Of a stretch of DNA of 64,000 nucleotides, positions 1-13,541 are shown piece by piece (within the stretch, counting starts at the first letter, position 1; every line of letters starts with the position of its first letter). Both the position numbers and the translations under genes were made by a program. This DNA comes from Prorocentrum cordatum (taxonomy: Eukaryota). The notes under the pieces are model-generated. The model saw only the letters and a list, made by a program, of their open reading frames with translations. It was not told the origin of the DNA and did no database searches. The stretch is taken from the NCBI GenBank assembly GCA_963575745.1, contig CAUYUJ010000147.1:1-64000 (forward strand). Reading direction: 5' to 3'.

Positions 1-60
1 CCTCTGCTGAAGAGCGGCCATAGCCTGGGACAGCTCGGTTTCGCGGTCGGTGAGGGGCGG

Positions 61-3000
61 CTACCCAGTGCCAGCGGGCGCGGGCCTCGTGGTAGGGACG
101 AGGTCATCGGTGCGCCTGGCCAGGTGGTGGACTAGCGTAGTACGGCACCCCGTGTGCTGACGGCCGTCACCCTTGAGAGGTGACTGGAGGGGAACACACG
201 GCCCCAGAGCTAGAGCCGCTGGGGCCACGCCCCGCGAGGTCGGAAGAGCCGCATCCTCTCGCCCAGCAACAATGGAAGCCTGGACGGGGTGCGACGGCCT
301 GACTGGCTCGGTGCCCTGCGGGGGGGCTGAAGCCGCCCCCGCGGGCTGGCGCTGGTGGGGGGACGGAGTGGTTGGCACGGTAGGACCAATCATGATGCCA
401 TGCGAGGGCTCTGAGGTCGGCCGCGTAGTAGGGTGGCGTCTCGATAGGGCGGCATGGTCGGCAGCGTGGGGTGTCGGTGGAGCGTCGCCAATGCTGCCAC
501 TCAGTCCGAGGGGGTCAACCAGGTCATCGTCGGCGTCTTGACGGTGGGCGACATCATCGTGTGGGTGCGATGTCGCTCTCGGAGACGGAGTCGCGGTAGG
601 CGTCGAGAGGTTGCCCGACGGGGCAGGGTTTTCGCTGACTGGTCCGTCGTCCAAAGCGTCCGATCCCCCACCGAAGCCGAACGGGTCGTCCTCCTGTTCG
701 TCAGCGTCTTGGAGGTGAGCGGCGTCATCATGTGGGTGCGGTGCCGCTCTCGGTGGCGGAGTCGAGGGCGTCGTGCGGATGCCCGACGGGGCAAGGTTGG
801 CGCTGGCTGGCCCGTCGTCCAGGAAGTCTAGTCCCCCGCCGAAGCCGAACGGGTCGTCCTCCTGTTCGTCGTGTATCGCCCGTTGGGCCTCGGCCCAGAG
901 CTCGTCCGGGTTCTGCGGGATGTCTGGTCCAGCCGCGGGTGGTGCCTGGTCCGACAGCAGGGGGTTTGGTTCCATGTTGCTGAGTTCCGCAGCTGTAAAC
1001 CCAGCCCTGCGGTGTGGGAGTGGGGGAGTGCGGTGTCTGCGCTCGTAGATAGCGACAGCGACCCCATGGAGAACGGTCGCTTGGCGATGTCGTGTTTTGG
1101 CAGCTTCGACAATGTCGTCTGGAAGGTTGTGAGTGCGTGCCGCCATTGTGGCAAGGGCGTCAGCCTGACGGTTGAACTCCTCCGCAATGGGCCCGATGAG
1201 CCCAAGGTCGATGCCCATGTCTCCCAGGTGGCTGGCGATTTTTTCGACGCGAAACATGTTGGGCTTGGCCATAACACATCGGTGGATCTTTTCCCAGAGC
1301 TCCGCGTGCGTGCCCTGCGGCGCTGGATGTCCGTCGATGATGCTTTGGAACCCATCGACCACCGCCTGGTTGTCACGAAAACGTGCACGGGCCGTTCGGC
1401 ACATGCCGTAAGGTGGACAATGGCGAGGGTCTCCGCAACCTGGGCGTTCTGCGTTAGGCCGTGAACGCGTGCACTGTAGTTCATGCGGTGGTCGATGCCG
1501 TAGTAGACGCCGTAGCCCGCTCGTGCCAGCAATGGGATGGCTTGGTTGGTGCATGCACCGTCCGTGGCAGCGTAGACCCATGTCCAACCAGTGTCGTGGT
1601 CAAGGTAGGTGGTGCAGGTGTCCTGGGCTGAAGCCGCAGGATCTCCCTCAGGGAGGGGCCGCGGCATGGGCTGCGGCAGCGGGTCCCTCGCGAGGTCGGC
1701 CTGCAGGTCAAGGAGGGCTGGGTCTTCGTCGAAGAGCCCGCAGTGTCTTGTGTGCGGCGGGAGACGGGCCCACTGATCGTCACTGATGAGGGTGGTGAGA
1801 GGGAGTCTTTCTCGGGCCCAGCACTTGCAGTCGCGGACAGTGTGCTCCTGAGTTTCCTCTTCCTCGTCGCAGTATCGGCAGATGGGGCTGGGGTCAGCTG
1901 ACGCGTTTGACCGGGATCGTCGCTGTTGGGTGTGGTCCCCGCCCGATAGGTAGTTCAGGAGAAGCGCCAGCTGCCCGGCAGTGCATTTGGCTGCTCCTTT
2001 AGTTCGGGCGAGCCACGTGCTGGCGAAGAGGTCGAGGCCCTGTCTGACAGAGGCAAGGTATCCAAGGTCGTGACGCCGTGGCTTGATCCTCCGCAGAAAG
2101 GCTCTGCGTTGTGAGGCCCGCAGCATGTGAAGGAAAGCGTTTTGGGGTAAATTCAGCCAGCTGATCTGGCAGCCCCAGTCGTCGTACATGATGCCAAATG
2201 TGGGCCAGGTCCATCGGAGCTGCTGGAGCGACTGGACGAGTCGTCCGACGGGTCCACCACCACACAGGGTCTGGACGTGGTGTTGAAGGTCTCTGGCGAA
2301 CCCGCAGAGTGTAACGTCGCGGTTAACCTGTCGCCGCAGGCACAGGAATGCTTCACGCTGCGTGATGGCGTCGATCTCCAGGGCGTGTCCTGGGACGCAC
2401 ACGGCCATGAGAGTCCAGAACTCGACCCACTTGTTCCACTTGGGGCGGATAGCCGCCTTGAGGGCGTGGTTGTAGGCAGTTTTGGCTGGGCCTGATGGTG
2501 CTTGAATGTCGGTGCCCGTGGTGCAGACGCTGGCAGCCAGGGAACCGGCGTGCCGCGCCTTGATAAGCATCGGCGATGGGAGCTTGCCAATGCGCGGCAG
2601 GCGGATAGTCGCCCTCCGTACACGGGCGTCTGCGGTGGCCGTGAGGTTAAGCGCGGCTGGAGCCGGCGCTGCCTCTGCGTTGATGTAACTCCCGACGAGC
2701 TTGAAGGAATCGACCACCCGTAGGGGGCGATCCGCCAGTGTGAGCTGGGTAACGGCGGCGTGAAGCTCGTCGGTGAGCGCCCACCCTGCCACTTTACCAG
2801 GGTGAATGCGTTGACCTGAGAATCGATCAAACTTGGCGGTTTCGTCAAGAGATTTCTGCAGTTCAGACGCGGTGTGGGTAGTGGAGTTGCTGTCGTCAAC
2901 AAAGGTAGTGCTGAGTGATCGAGGAACGTATCGATGCTGCCTCTTTGTCCACACGCACATGAGCAGCTTGATGTCGTCCAGGGACCACGAGCTTCCCTGG

Positions 3001-3757
3001 AGGTGACCGCTAGCCCTGGCCAAGTCCTTAGAGTACGCTCCGTTCATGCGGATGTAGCGTTTGCGGTGACTGTAGAAATTTCGGCGGACAGTAACGATGT
3101 CTTGAGGGCACCCCGCGTGCAGCGCAAGGTTAAGGCAGATGTCCGTGATGAGGTAGTCGAAGCACTTCTGTCTGTCAAGGGCAGCTCCAGCTAAGGGGAG
3201 GAGTAAAGCCCTGGCATGCTCGATGCGCAGGGCGAGAGAGGTGCTGACATCCCCAATGGTGGCTTTGGGAACAGCGCCGAAGCTCGTGGCGTGGGTCCAT
3301 CCTTTCAGCCAGTCCGTGAGGCTACGGTAGGCTGGCGCTTCCCACGCGTACATCCAAACGGAAAGAACCGAGAGAAGTCGTTGGTCCGTCGGGAGTTCCC
3401 CTCGGCCTTTTCGGAGGCACGGGTTTGGCACGTGAAGGAGGGGTTCTGGGATGGTACCAGTGCGTTGCATAGCACGTAAGACGCTGGCGAAGAGGCGAAG
3501 GATGTCGTCGGGTAACTCCTTAGCCTCCTTAGTTGTCCAGCCGCCAAGTCCCCCCGCACGGCGCGGTGAACGGGTGCGAATGAAGTGGATGAGTTGGTCG
3601 TCGGTGAGGTGGAAAGGGGCAGTTGGTGATGGCGTAGGCAGCTCTTGTCGGTACTCGTCGTAGAAGTCAGCCCACGTCGGCATGGCTTCGGCGTCATGCC
3701 CTGCACGAGCGCGGTACCTGCCCAAAATGGGCTCCCAGGTGTCGACCATGAGCTTAA
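61..3757 (-). mobile_element. Non-LTR retrotransposon (LINE) pol fragment: RT + zinc finger + C-terminal RNase H; 5'-truncated, one frameshift
   Basis: ORF 828..3998 after the SL dipeptide run carries RT motifs RAGGLGGW, LDRQKCFD, GHLQGSSWS and TTFVDD (~2891-2903), then CRYCDEEEETQEH..C and RNase H ATDGACTNQ...AGYGVYY...AQVAE. A frameshift near 1380 continues into ORF 61..1587 (DNQAVVDG, KIASH, NRQADALA). Confidence 0.9.
520..880 (-). repeat. ~168-bp tandem repeat in the LINE C-terminal region (DEQEDDPFGFGGG twice, third copy degenerate)
   Basis: CCGAAGCCGAACGGGTCGTCCTCCTGTTCGTC occurs at 671 and 839; the peptide repeat is visible in ORF 61..1587. Confidence 0.8.
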
Positions 3758-3758
3758 G

Positions 3759-3778
3759 CAGAGAGAGAGAGAGAGAGC

Positions 3779-3843
<65 letters not shown>
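3759..3843. repeat. (GA)n microsatellite at the junction of two LINEs
   Basis: Read directly from the sequence. Confidence 0.95.
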
Positions 3844-3845
<2 letters not shown>

Positions 3846-6800
3846 GAGCGGGTCGCCCTGCTTTGCCCCATGCTGCATCTGGAACTCTCCGTCGGCGCAA
3901 TGGGTCTTCGCGACGGCTTCCCGGCCCTGGCGCATGCGTCGAAGACCTCGGACGCGTCCTTCGTCGACGCCTTGATCAAGCATCCGACGCGCCCCCATGC
4001 GCAGCGCTGTTAAAGGCTTCCTGGAAATCTACCGCGACAGACAAAACAAAGACTTTGTGCTCGCCCGCTGTCTCCCGCCATATTGGGATGGGGAAAAAAA
4101 AACGCGCGGCGGGTCGGAGCGGGCGAAAGAACGCCCGGCAATTGCTTTGTTTTTTGCCCGAAACCGGCACGAGTCCGCCGTGCAATAATCAAGCAAACAA
4201 TTCGCACAGTATAACTATAAAATGCTGATGGGCCTGAAATTATACGGCAGTTTCGCGCTCCCACTTCTGCAGATGTCCTTGACCATGGCGCGCTTCCACT
4301 CTGCTGGCGCTGGGCTTCCAAGATAAGGATATCGCTGCGCAACGTGGGAACAATCTCCCCGATGCCCTTGCCGTCCGCTGCGCTGCCATTCTTCATCGAT
4401 GTCAATGCCGCCTGTAGCTCTTGCGTAGAGAACACATTCGCGTCGACGCCGCAAAAGCCCCGCCCCCCCCGGGCTCTTCGCCCCTGGCGTCGCAATTCGA
4501 TTCGGAAGACAACTTGCCGTACAAATAAACACACGCGTCGACGATCTCTTGTCTCCCCCGCGCAGCCCCCCCCCCCCCCCCACCCCCACTCTCATGCAAC
4601 GCCTGGAACGAAGCCCTGCGATCTCTGCAGCTCGACGCCGGAGATCTCCAAGTTGCGAAACTCCGAAAACATGTTGTAGATCTCCGATCGGCGCTGTTCT
4701 CTCTTCGCGTTCCGGACCTCGTCTCGGATATCTCCGTTGAGAGCTCGCCTTGCCGCGGGGTCGCCTGCGTCGGTCTCGCGTTTCTTCTTCGGCAAAGAAC
4801 CCAACGAACCGCCATCGCACTGAATTGCGCTCGATCGCGGGGCGCTGGAGCCGGCCATGGCCACGCATTCTAATGCTATAATTTCTAGTTGGTCGCAACG
4901 GGGATGTCTGCCCCCTATCGCGCCGCGTAAAAAATCACGAGCTTGCTCTTCGATGCTGGATTGGTATACTTCCCACCTCTGCGGCGGCCGTCGCGCCGGC
5001 TTCGCGACGGCGTTCTTCTTCTGCTTCTTGTGGGCATCCGTCTTGCGCGTCTCCTTCCGCGGGGCAGCGCCCCGCGCCCGCGCCGCAGCGCGGTCGGGTC
5101 CGAGATCTGCAATCCCCGTCCTCCCCACGTCCTTGAATGTTTTTCAAACGCGGCGACTCACCAACAAATAATCGATCTGCTCCTTCGCGCGGCCAGGCTC
5201 GCGGCGCGCGCAGCGGCGCCAGCGTTGTCTCTTGAAAGATGCGCCCGTGACTTTGGATTCGCGGGCCGCCGTCCATCGCGGAACCCACTGCCCCCCGCGC
5301 ATCCGCCAAGCCATTCTCAAATGGGCCCGCGCCGCTGGAATTGCCATACGTTGCCTGGCCCCCTTGAGAGTTGCACTTCGCTCCGATGATGGAGCGATTT
5401 GTCCGACGCCCCGCCTCGCCATGAATTTATTTCAGCATGTTGCGCATTGCCTGCGCATGGAGACGCGCGCAACCCCTGCGGGGGGAATGCGCCGCAACCA
5501 ATATTAGCCGAAACCCTGGGCGATGAACATCAACATGCGCAACTCGTTCCGATGTAATCTCACATTTAGAAATGCCTGTGCCTCACCTCTTGCGAGCCGG
5601 CATTGCAGCTCCCCCAGTTGGTTTGGCACTCCCTGCTGCCATAAGGATGCGCCCGCCTTCGGTTCGCCCAGCGCTCCTTTGGAATCGCCCTAATGGTTTC
5701 GTCGACGGCAATAAAAGCCCACCTCGTGCATCTAAAGTCTTTCAAAAGCTCGCATGATCCGTCGCCATCCGTCATCCCCGATGCGCTCTCGCGGAACAGC
5801 GCGAGGTCGAAGTCTGCGGCGACGTCGGCATGATCGGAGCCCGCCCGATCCGTCGCCCGCTCCTCGGCGACGTTGGCGGGCGAGCCCTGAGACGCACGCG
5901 GAGAAGATCCTCGGGGGGAATCTCCATTTTCGAATCTGCATGTCCCCTGGCCCCCCCCCCAGGCGGGCGACTGGCCCCCGCGTCTTCCGGGGCCCCATGG
6001 CGCTCTGATTCAAGGATGGGCAACGATGCGAATGTGGACGCATTTTCCATCATTGCGCACGCCCCTTCCGGCGCAGGATTCGGCGAAACAGAAACTGCAT
6101 GGGCAGCCGCGGGGGCGCGCGGGGGCGCGGGGGAAGCGACCGGAATAGCGCGTGCCCCAAACCCACGGTTTACAGCAAACCGCCCAAAGCCCAAAAAATC
6201 GCGCGCCCAAGGGCGAGATGTCTGCGTAGCGGCACTCGCGCGCGGCCCCGGCGCTGAGGCCGTCGCTTCTCGCGCTTCCCCCCCCCCATTCCCTCGTGAA
6301 CTGCGCCGCTGTCTCATGTGCTTCGTCTCCGACTCCGCAGGGTCTCTAACTCCCCATCCCCGCCCATTCTCCCCGCCCCCGCCATTTGACGTCGAAGACG
6401 CCCGCGCCCCCGTAGATGCGAACGTCACTTTGTTTATGCCCCTTGTTCATCAATGTGCGCCTTACCTGCCCCGACGTCTTGTCGATAACCCGTTTTTCGT
6501 GTGCGTCGCTGGCTGTGAACCACACCTTTTCTCCACAGGCCCAGTTTATCTCCTGGCCGCGCATTCCCCTCAGGACTCACATGTTCGCCGCCTTGGCCCC
6601 GAAGGTAATGATGCATATCTTCGACGGGTCAATGAGAGTAGATAGGTTGGACGTATTTTATTTCATGATATGATCATCGACTATCGGTTGCATTTGTTTG
6701 ATGATGTTCTCTTCCTCCTCGTCCTCCTTCAACCCACCAGCAATCACCTGCAGGCCCCTTTCTCCAGCGCGTTCGACGTTTTGTGGATGTATTGGGGGCT

Positions 6801-7050
6801 TCTCATGGCTGCTCAAGGCTTCCTGGGTCTTCGCGCCGAGGATGGTCCCCAGCTCGCTTTTGAAGTCAAGCTTTGGGACGTAAAGGTCCAGGTCGCCCTT
6901 CAAATTGTCTACCTGCATTGCATTTCACGGTCGCGCATTGCGTCGTCCATACTCTGCTCCAACATAATGTATGCATGTGTTGCGTCATGTGCCTCATCCT
7001 TCGTTAAATGGATCATGTCTTAAACATCGGTGAGGTCCGTCTCGAAATCC
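3844..7050 (-). mobile_element. Second, heavily decayed LINE (ORF1-like region + APE endonuclease + N-terminal half of RT)
   Basis: Fragments across frames: ORF1-like LQVIAGGLKEDEEEENII (6658-6918); APE-like WAFIAVDETIR (~5700) and KEQIDYLLVSRR (~5170); RT FSTQELQAALTSMKNGSAADGKG, NFRPISIL, AVDFQEAFNS and GAKQGDPLS, ending at the (GA)n tract. Confidence 0.75.
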
Positions 7051-7070
7051 CCGAAACGTTCCGCAACTCT

Positions 7071-7139
7071 CATTTTTTTTAAAAATAAAATATAATATAT
7101 ATATATATATATTATAATATATATATAATATATATAATA

Positions 7140-7178
<39 letters not shown>

Positions 7179-7183
7179 ATAAA

Positions 7184-7229
<46 letters not shown>
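7071..7229. repeat. (TA)n / poly-A low-complexity tract
   Basis: Read directly from the sequence; could be partly an assembly artefact. Confidence 0.9.
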
Positions 7230-8331
7230 ATGGCGGCGCTGCGCTCAGATAGTATCCCGCCGGTGTGGCAGCGACCATCAAAGCATCATCATCATCCTAG
7301 TTCGGCTTCTGTTTTTGGGAGTGGGCCCGGAACACTGAACAGCTCGTTCCGACATCCGTGCCCAGCTCGGCGCCACGAGCGTGCACGAGAACGTGGTGGG
7401 TTTATACGAATGGGAGTCCAAATTGGTTACAGCAGCTTGACTAAAAACAAATAGCAAAAAAAACACCTCATTTTAACAGCAACAGGCGCCGCAAACCCTT
7501 TGTTGGAGGGGATAAACGGCGCAGCAAAAGAGAGCGAGGGGAACGTTGGCACTGAGTGTTCGTTTCATCTCACACGGCCCTCGTGTCTCCACCAGACTGT
7601 ATAGTTTCGGCGATGTCTGTACCATGCTCCGAAACGTCAGATTGACGGTGGAAGTCTGTCCGAACGTGTTCATTCAAAATGTTGAAGTGTTCCTCGCAAT
7701 ACATGTTGCGACTGATGGTCGAAATCATAAGGGCTTCCATGTTGTATCTCATCTGAAACATCGTGAATGCCTCATCGTCGTAAACCGTCCTGGCGCCCAT
7801 GGTAACAATGCGGTCGAACATGATTTCGCGATCGGTTTTGAAGTCGGTGATCCCACCTGAAACCTCCGTTGTCTTAACCGGCGTTGCACATTTCCGTTAA
7901 CCGATTCGTGCAAATTTTGTACCAGGCCTCTCGGACATCAGGGAAGGTTACATTGTAACCCAGGTCGTGGTTGCAAGGGTCCATTTGGGTCGTTCCAGCG
8001 GCCGCCGCTTCCATCTATGCACTGACCCCGTGAGTTAAAAACGAACCCCGCTACTATGAAAATCAGGTTGGAACGTTTTTGCTGAGCAGGCAACAGCGTT
8101 GGAGTCGAACAGTTGCGGCCCATAACTAACATGCACCACTTGAACTCCGAAACAGTGCTGCTCACCCAGACGCATGGCCATGTTCTAACACCTCCTCCAC
8201 CACTTCCTCCTCCTCATCCTTTTCTACCGTTAGGTCCTCCTCCATCCTTCGTGGGGTACGACGGCTTCCCAGCCTTTACTCCACTGCGTGTTCCCCCGCA
8301 TGCCTGACCTGGGCAACTCGTGTGAGCATCG

Positions 8332-8405
8332 TTTCTGGATGGGCTGGTGGGGTCACGCGAAGCGTCTCTGGTCGCTGGATGGGCCGATGGGAACACGCGA
8401 AGCGA
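8332..8405 (+). mobile_element. Two tandem remnants of the family-A Helentron-like 3' terminus (subTIR + ACGC-GAA-GCGT hairpin)
   Basis: TTTCTGGATGGGCTGGTGGGGTCACGCGAAGCGTCT matches 43334-43369; a degenerate second copy follows immediately. Confidence 0.65.
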
Positions 8406-11400
8406 TCAGGGCTGCTGCCCCCGCCACTCCCACCCCCACCCCCACACGCGACGAAGCCAAGCCGCCTCGAAGGCCGCAAATCCGCCATCTCCCGCCACCT
8501 CTCCACGCACTCGTCCGTCAGGCTCAGCTTGTCGGCGTAGTAAAGGGCCTCGAGCAGCCCAGCCGCGTCCCGTGCAGCCTCGGCCTCTCGGGGAGAGGCT
8601 CGGGGTGCACAGTGCGCCCCCTGTTGACAAAACGAAGTACGAACGAGAACGGCCCAAAACGCGACACGGCGGGTGAAGGCCCTGTCGAGAATCAGAAAAG
8701 AAAGGGTTTCTAGTCGACTTGGCAGGGTGAGGGATTGCTTGTAATGCATCAGCGCCGCGCGGCGCATGGATGCCGCCACCCTTCAGGGCGCGGGGGGGGA
8801 CTGGTCCAACGCGTCCCACAAGCATGAAGCAGCGACGGGGCCTGCAGGTCGTCTTAAACGCTTTCGACTCCAAGGACGAGGAGCAAGAGGACGAGGAACA
8901 GGAAAGGAGGAAGACGAAAAGGACGGCGCGCTTCGAACAATATCAGAGAGGGACAAATCCTGAGCCGCCCACTTCGCACACCCGCGCTGCGCGAGGCCAC
9001 GGGCGGGGTTGTTCCTCCGCGCCCTCGCGCGGCCTGCCCGCGCAGCGGAAAAAAAGAGGGCAGCCTTGCGACAGAAGCCGCAAAACGCGAGGCGCGGCCA
9101 TCTTCGCGCCCCTGCAGGGCGATCCAAGAAAGCGGGATCGTCGATTCGGGGGCCTTCCCAGAGCCACTCGCTCCACTCACGCGCCGATGCTGCGTCGAAC
9201 GTCAACCATGGGCCAGACTTGAGTCAAGCTAGGGTCGAACTACCGTCGAACTAAGTTCGAGCCAGAGTCGAACAGGTCTTCTAGGTGGGCCCCAAAAGTC
9301 CCCCCACAAAAAAAAGAAAACGAAAACACCCACTGCCGCCCGATCTGGGCCCCGATCTTCGTGGAGATCGACGCGAGGACTGGCCGCGAGGTCCACAAAG
9401 ACTGGCGCCCCGAATCTGGGTGGGCGGGGGGCCAAGTGGCGGTTCTAGTCTTTCGCCTGGACATTCATAATCCCTGCAACATGTCCCGATGATGTCTCAT
9501 TGTCAGTGGGCTCCGCAGATGGAATGGGCAAGAAAAGGTAACGCCGTCAAGCATGCACTAGGTAACACTGAAGGGAGGAGGCCGGCCCGCCAGCCGACGC
9601 ACGCGCGCGCCGCAGGCTCGCTCCTTTCCCGCTTCCTTAAAGCCAAGTACATAGCTCCGGAGACGCGGGTCAAGAAGGAAGAGCAGAAGCAGCAAACAGC
9701 GCAGGCGCAGGCAAGTCGAGTGAGACGGGCAGGAACCTGGTGGCGCGGAGGGGTGCATTGACTCCCCCCGCGGCGGGATCCGTAGAGCCGCCCCGACCCC
9801 CAGGCCCACCTGGCCCGTGCACATGTACAACCACCGGACCGAAACCCCACAAGAAAAATTATACCGCTCAACGGCGGGTGCCAGGGGGCGGCAGGCCGAA
9901 GAAGCCCAGCGTTTCCCGCGTGAGCGAATGCGCGCAGCTCAGGTCTCAATGCCCGCGCACACCTAGTGCACCCGCTCCACGAAGTAGTACGATCCAGCAA
10001 CGACTGTGTCGCGCCGGCGCAGCAGTTCATCTGCATCATCTCCAGCGGCCTCTCCGTTCACGAGAGTCATCCCAGCGCCACTGGCTCTGGCCCCTGGAGG
10101 AGCTGTCCTCTCTGCCTCTTGAGCTCCAGTCACTTGACTCACTCTTGCCCTGGCCCTTCTCCGACGAACTCGCCTTCGGCGCAGGCGGAGGTGGCGGCGC
10201 GCGGGCAGGTTACTTGGTGATCCACAAGAGCGTTGGAACTTGTCATTATATTCATCAAAGCTAAACCATTGCCGCGTTTTGCTTTGGCCGGTGACTTGCT
10301 GGTGTCGAGATGCATGCGCGTAGAATCCTCGGATTTCTGCAGTCTCGTTCTTGTCTTCGTAGTCTACGGTCGCATCGTAGACGCCGCCCCCGACCGGCCC
10401 GGGGCCGTCGCCATCGCGCGCGAGGCTGCCAACCGGCAGAGTGGCCCGTCTTCGGGGCATGAGTTCCTCAATCCTGCACTCGCCCGCCCGCGATCGAACT
10501 CGGGCGGGGCCAACCCAGCCAGTCTCGTGGCCTGACGCGGCTGCGCCGGCAGACGCAGGCGAATAGGGAGCGGCCCGATGGGACTGCTTTCCGCGCAAGA
10601 ACCGCGGCCGCGAAGGCGGGCGGGGGCGTCGCCGAGCCCGCTGCCCCGAGGCGGCGGTGCCGCTCGGGGCAATGCCTTCAGCAACTCGGGCTGCAGCGCC
10701 TGCCGGCGACTCAGCTGGGACTGTCTCGCTTAGAGAGTCAGCTGCACCGCTCTCCCCCTGTTCTTTTCCAGGAGATTTATGATCCCAATAGCGCCGTCGG
10801 CATTGAAGACCCCAAAGAGGCTGTTAGCACGACAAATCTCGGCACTAATATGAGGTTCCGTCGGCGTACACATGAAGACATTGGCCTCATGAATGCCTGG
10901 GCAATAGTGTCGCACGGTCATTGATACCTCGTTTCCGAATCCATCAAGCGAATTGCGAAGCAAAGAATGTTTCGATTGCAACTCGAGTCCGGCAATCCAA
11001 AGCGCGAGCATTCTGCAGGCGTGCATCCGATTGCGGATTACGCTGCGCCTCACACCCGGGAAACGCAATAGGAATTTCCGCGGACAAAAACGATAATATG
11101 ACCTCACGCACAGCTGGCATGATGCGCCCCCATCTTCCATGAGTAGGGATATGGTCGAACGGTTGGTCATAAACTCGCTATACGGATTTGTGCAATCCCA
11201 GCGGTACAGCATGAAGTACGCCCGTATCCAGTGGTTTCGTAGTTGGGCCAACCAATAAATATTCATGAATAAGTTGTGTTGCCACTTGGAGGACATCTGG
11301 TCTTTGGCACGTTGCGTTGTCGTAAGTGTAACCACACATGCTGCCAGACACGGAAAGCAAGTCGAGCCAGAAGGGCAGAGCTCCACTCGAAACAGTCATT

Positions 11401-12043
11401 GGATGTCGCTGTGCGATATGATTATTAAATACGCCATTCGACATCTCAGCCATCCGTTCAAGTTCTGAGATTACGTCATCACTGCGGCTTGGCCGGTGAT
11501 GAAGTCCGGCAACGCATCGGAAATCAATGTTTCCTATCTGATTCGACGCGGATGCTCGGTCCGCTGGGTTCAAATTATCCGTCAGCACCGGCCTAGATGG
11601 AATAACGAATCCGATGTCCTCCATCTGTCGTTCCCAGTGGGCCCTGCCCGCCTCTGGTTGGATTGGATCTGCACTAACCTGTTCCCAATCGAAAACGGCA
11701 AGTGCAAGGCATTTCATAAGGCGAGCATACTGGTCCAGATCGGGCGTCCAGATCAATGGCCACCAGTGGGCGGCCGCGGGGCGATCGCCCCCATGCTTGT
11801 GCTTCAGCCAATCAACGAATCTAAGCTTAAGAGGTTCAAGATACTGGAAGAAAGGCTCGCGACGCGCCGGCGGCAGTGCCGAGGCGCTGTCAGGACGCCA
11901 GGTTGCAGCAGCCCCCGGCATCGAAGCCATGAAAGTCCCGCCCGCCGATGCCACTTTGGTACGAACTTGCTCCTTATAAACCCATTGGCGCTGATGCTGT
12001 TCGACCTTGCTCAAGTTATCCAAAGCATGAGCGGAGCTCTTGC

Positions 12044-13541
12044 TCATTGTTTCATTCTATTAGCAACGATATTATATATTGCCCCCCCCCTTGGGGCATT
12101 GCCAAGACGTGGATTCAGGCCTAATGTCGCCCATGCAGCAACCAATGCATCTTCTGCAGGCGCTTGTAAGTAATTCGCTCTGACGTGTGTTTTGGCGGTG
12201 CCCTCAGCCTGATATACCCTGGGGGGTGGAGACCCACCGTCCCTCCGCTGGTTGAGCCAGCGAGGAACGCACTGAGCATGTTCCGCAAGAAACTCGCGCT
12301 TCGTTGGTATCAACCTGAGAATTCCGTATCCAAGTGCTTAAATATCTAAATCAAAAACATAAAGACCAATAAAAAAATATAAAAATTAATAAATAAGAAT
12401 CCCACAGACTAACATAATACTAAAAAAAATGAACAAAATAATTATTTAGAAAAAAAAAGGGAAATTAGACATTATTAATAACCAAATAACTAACAACATA
12501 TATTAATTACAAAAAGATGACCATTAACTAAATACAATTAGAATATAAATAACAAATCTATAATACTACAACAATCTAAAAATAGAAAAAATAAGCAAAT
12601 AACAAAACACGATAAACCAAAACCACAAAAAAAATTTAAAAACTGAAATCAATTGAGAAACAAATGAATATAAAAGAAAGAATTTATAATACAATCTAAA
12701 TCCAACATTGAATAAAAAATTATCCATATTCCGTATCCAAGTGCTTTCCACAATCCACTGAACTTGCTTGGGTACTTGATGACCCCTTTTCCCAATGTTG
12801 ATTCCTTATGGTTTCCAAGGGCGGAATGTGCAACTAGTGTCCACGGCGCCGTGCCATTCCAAAACTGCCAGGAGCATACACACGCTCTATGATGTGAGCA
12901 AAACACGAATGTCCCTGACACGAACGAAAGAACAATGGCATGGGCTTGGTAGCCCGTTCAGCTCTGCCGATAATGATGACGAGGTTGTCGCGTTCCTCAT
13001 CAGCGACGGCGTCGCGCGGGGCGTCTGGGTTCAGGAAAGAGTTCCACTGCTCGTGTATATGTGCCCCCTCAAGAATCAAAATCTCACCAGCTCGAACGCC
13101 TAGAACTTCCGCTTCTCCTGATGGCAACAGTGCGAGGGCGTGCATTGCAAGAGCCGTAGTGGCGCGTGTGATACCATCGTTCGTCATCTTCTGAATGAGG
13201 TCGCCCACGTGCACCCGCCCGCCCGATGACCGGGCGTGCCCTGCGCAATGTCTCGCCATGTACACCGCAAACTCGCCTACAGCTAACGCTTGAGGGTGTT
13301 CTCGGTGCCTGCATTTTCACCAGACATCCGAACTTCCTAGCATGACAGTCCCGCGACTATTTTTCGACAGCTTTGCATCTGCTTCCTCGGCTGCGCCCGT
13401 AGCGTCATTCGGCAGCACCAGGGGAATGAGTGCATTGTAGACCTCCTGGGGAATGGAGTCTGGCCTATCATCCGAGTCAAATTCTGTTTTGAGGAATTTG
13501 AGCGCTTGGTCGAACCTTTCTGCTTCTATCTCTCCGAGCAT
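12044..13541 (-). pseudogene. Putative tyrosine recombinase, disrupted by a stop, a frameshift and an AT-rich insert
   Basis: Candidate catalytic motifs occur in the expected order: LGVRAGEILILEGAHI (R), VIIIGRAERATK (K), YGILR (HxxR-like), RWLNQ (LGH/LNH-like), THVRANYLQ (Y). Removing the insert joins the last two ORFs in frame. Confidence 0.5.
12340..12727. other. 388-bp A-rich, G-poor insert flanked by a 19-bp direct repeat
   Basis: ATTCCGTATCCAAGTGCTT occurs at 12321-12339 and 12728-12746. Confidence 0.9.

Noticed and set aside
828..3998. Single intact 1056-aa pol gene
   Set aside because: Chimeric N-terminus, no endonuclease, and a frameshift in RNase H.
8440..8620. Possible host-gene exon (AAGLLEALYYADKLSLTDECVERWRE..RRLGF, minus strand)
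   Set aside because: Looks coding, but no partner exons or family could be supported.
9218..9240. SL-like TTGACTCAAG on the minus strand (also TTTGGCTCAA at ~19208)
   Set aside because: The match is too short and no convincing ORF follows.
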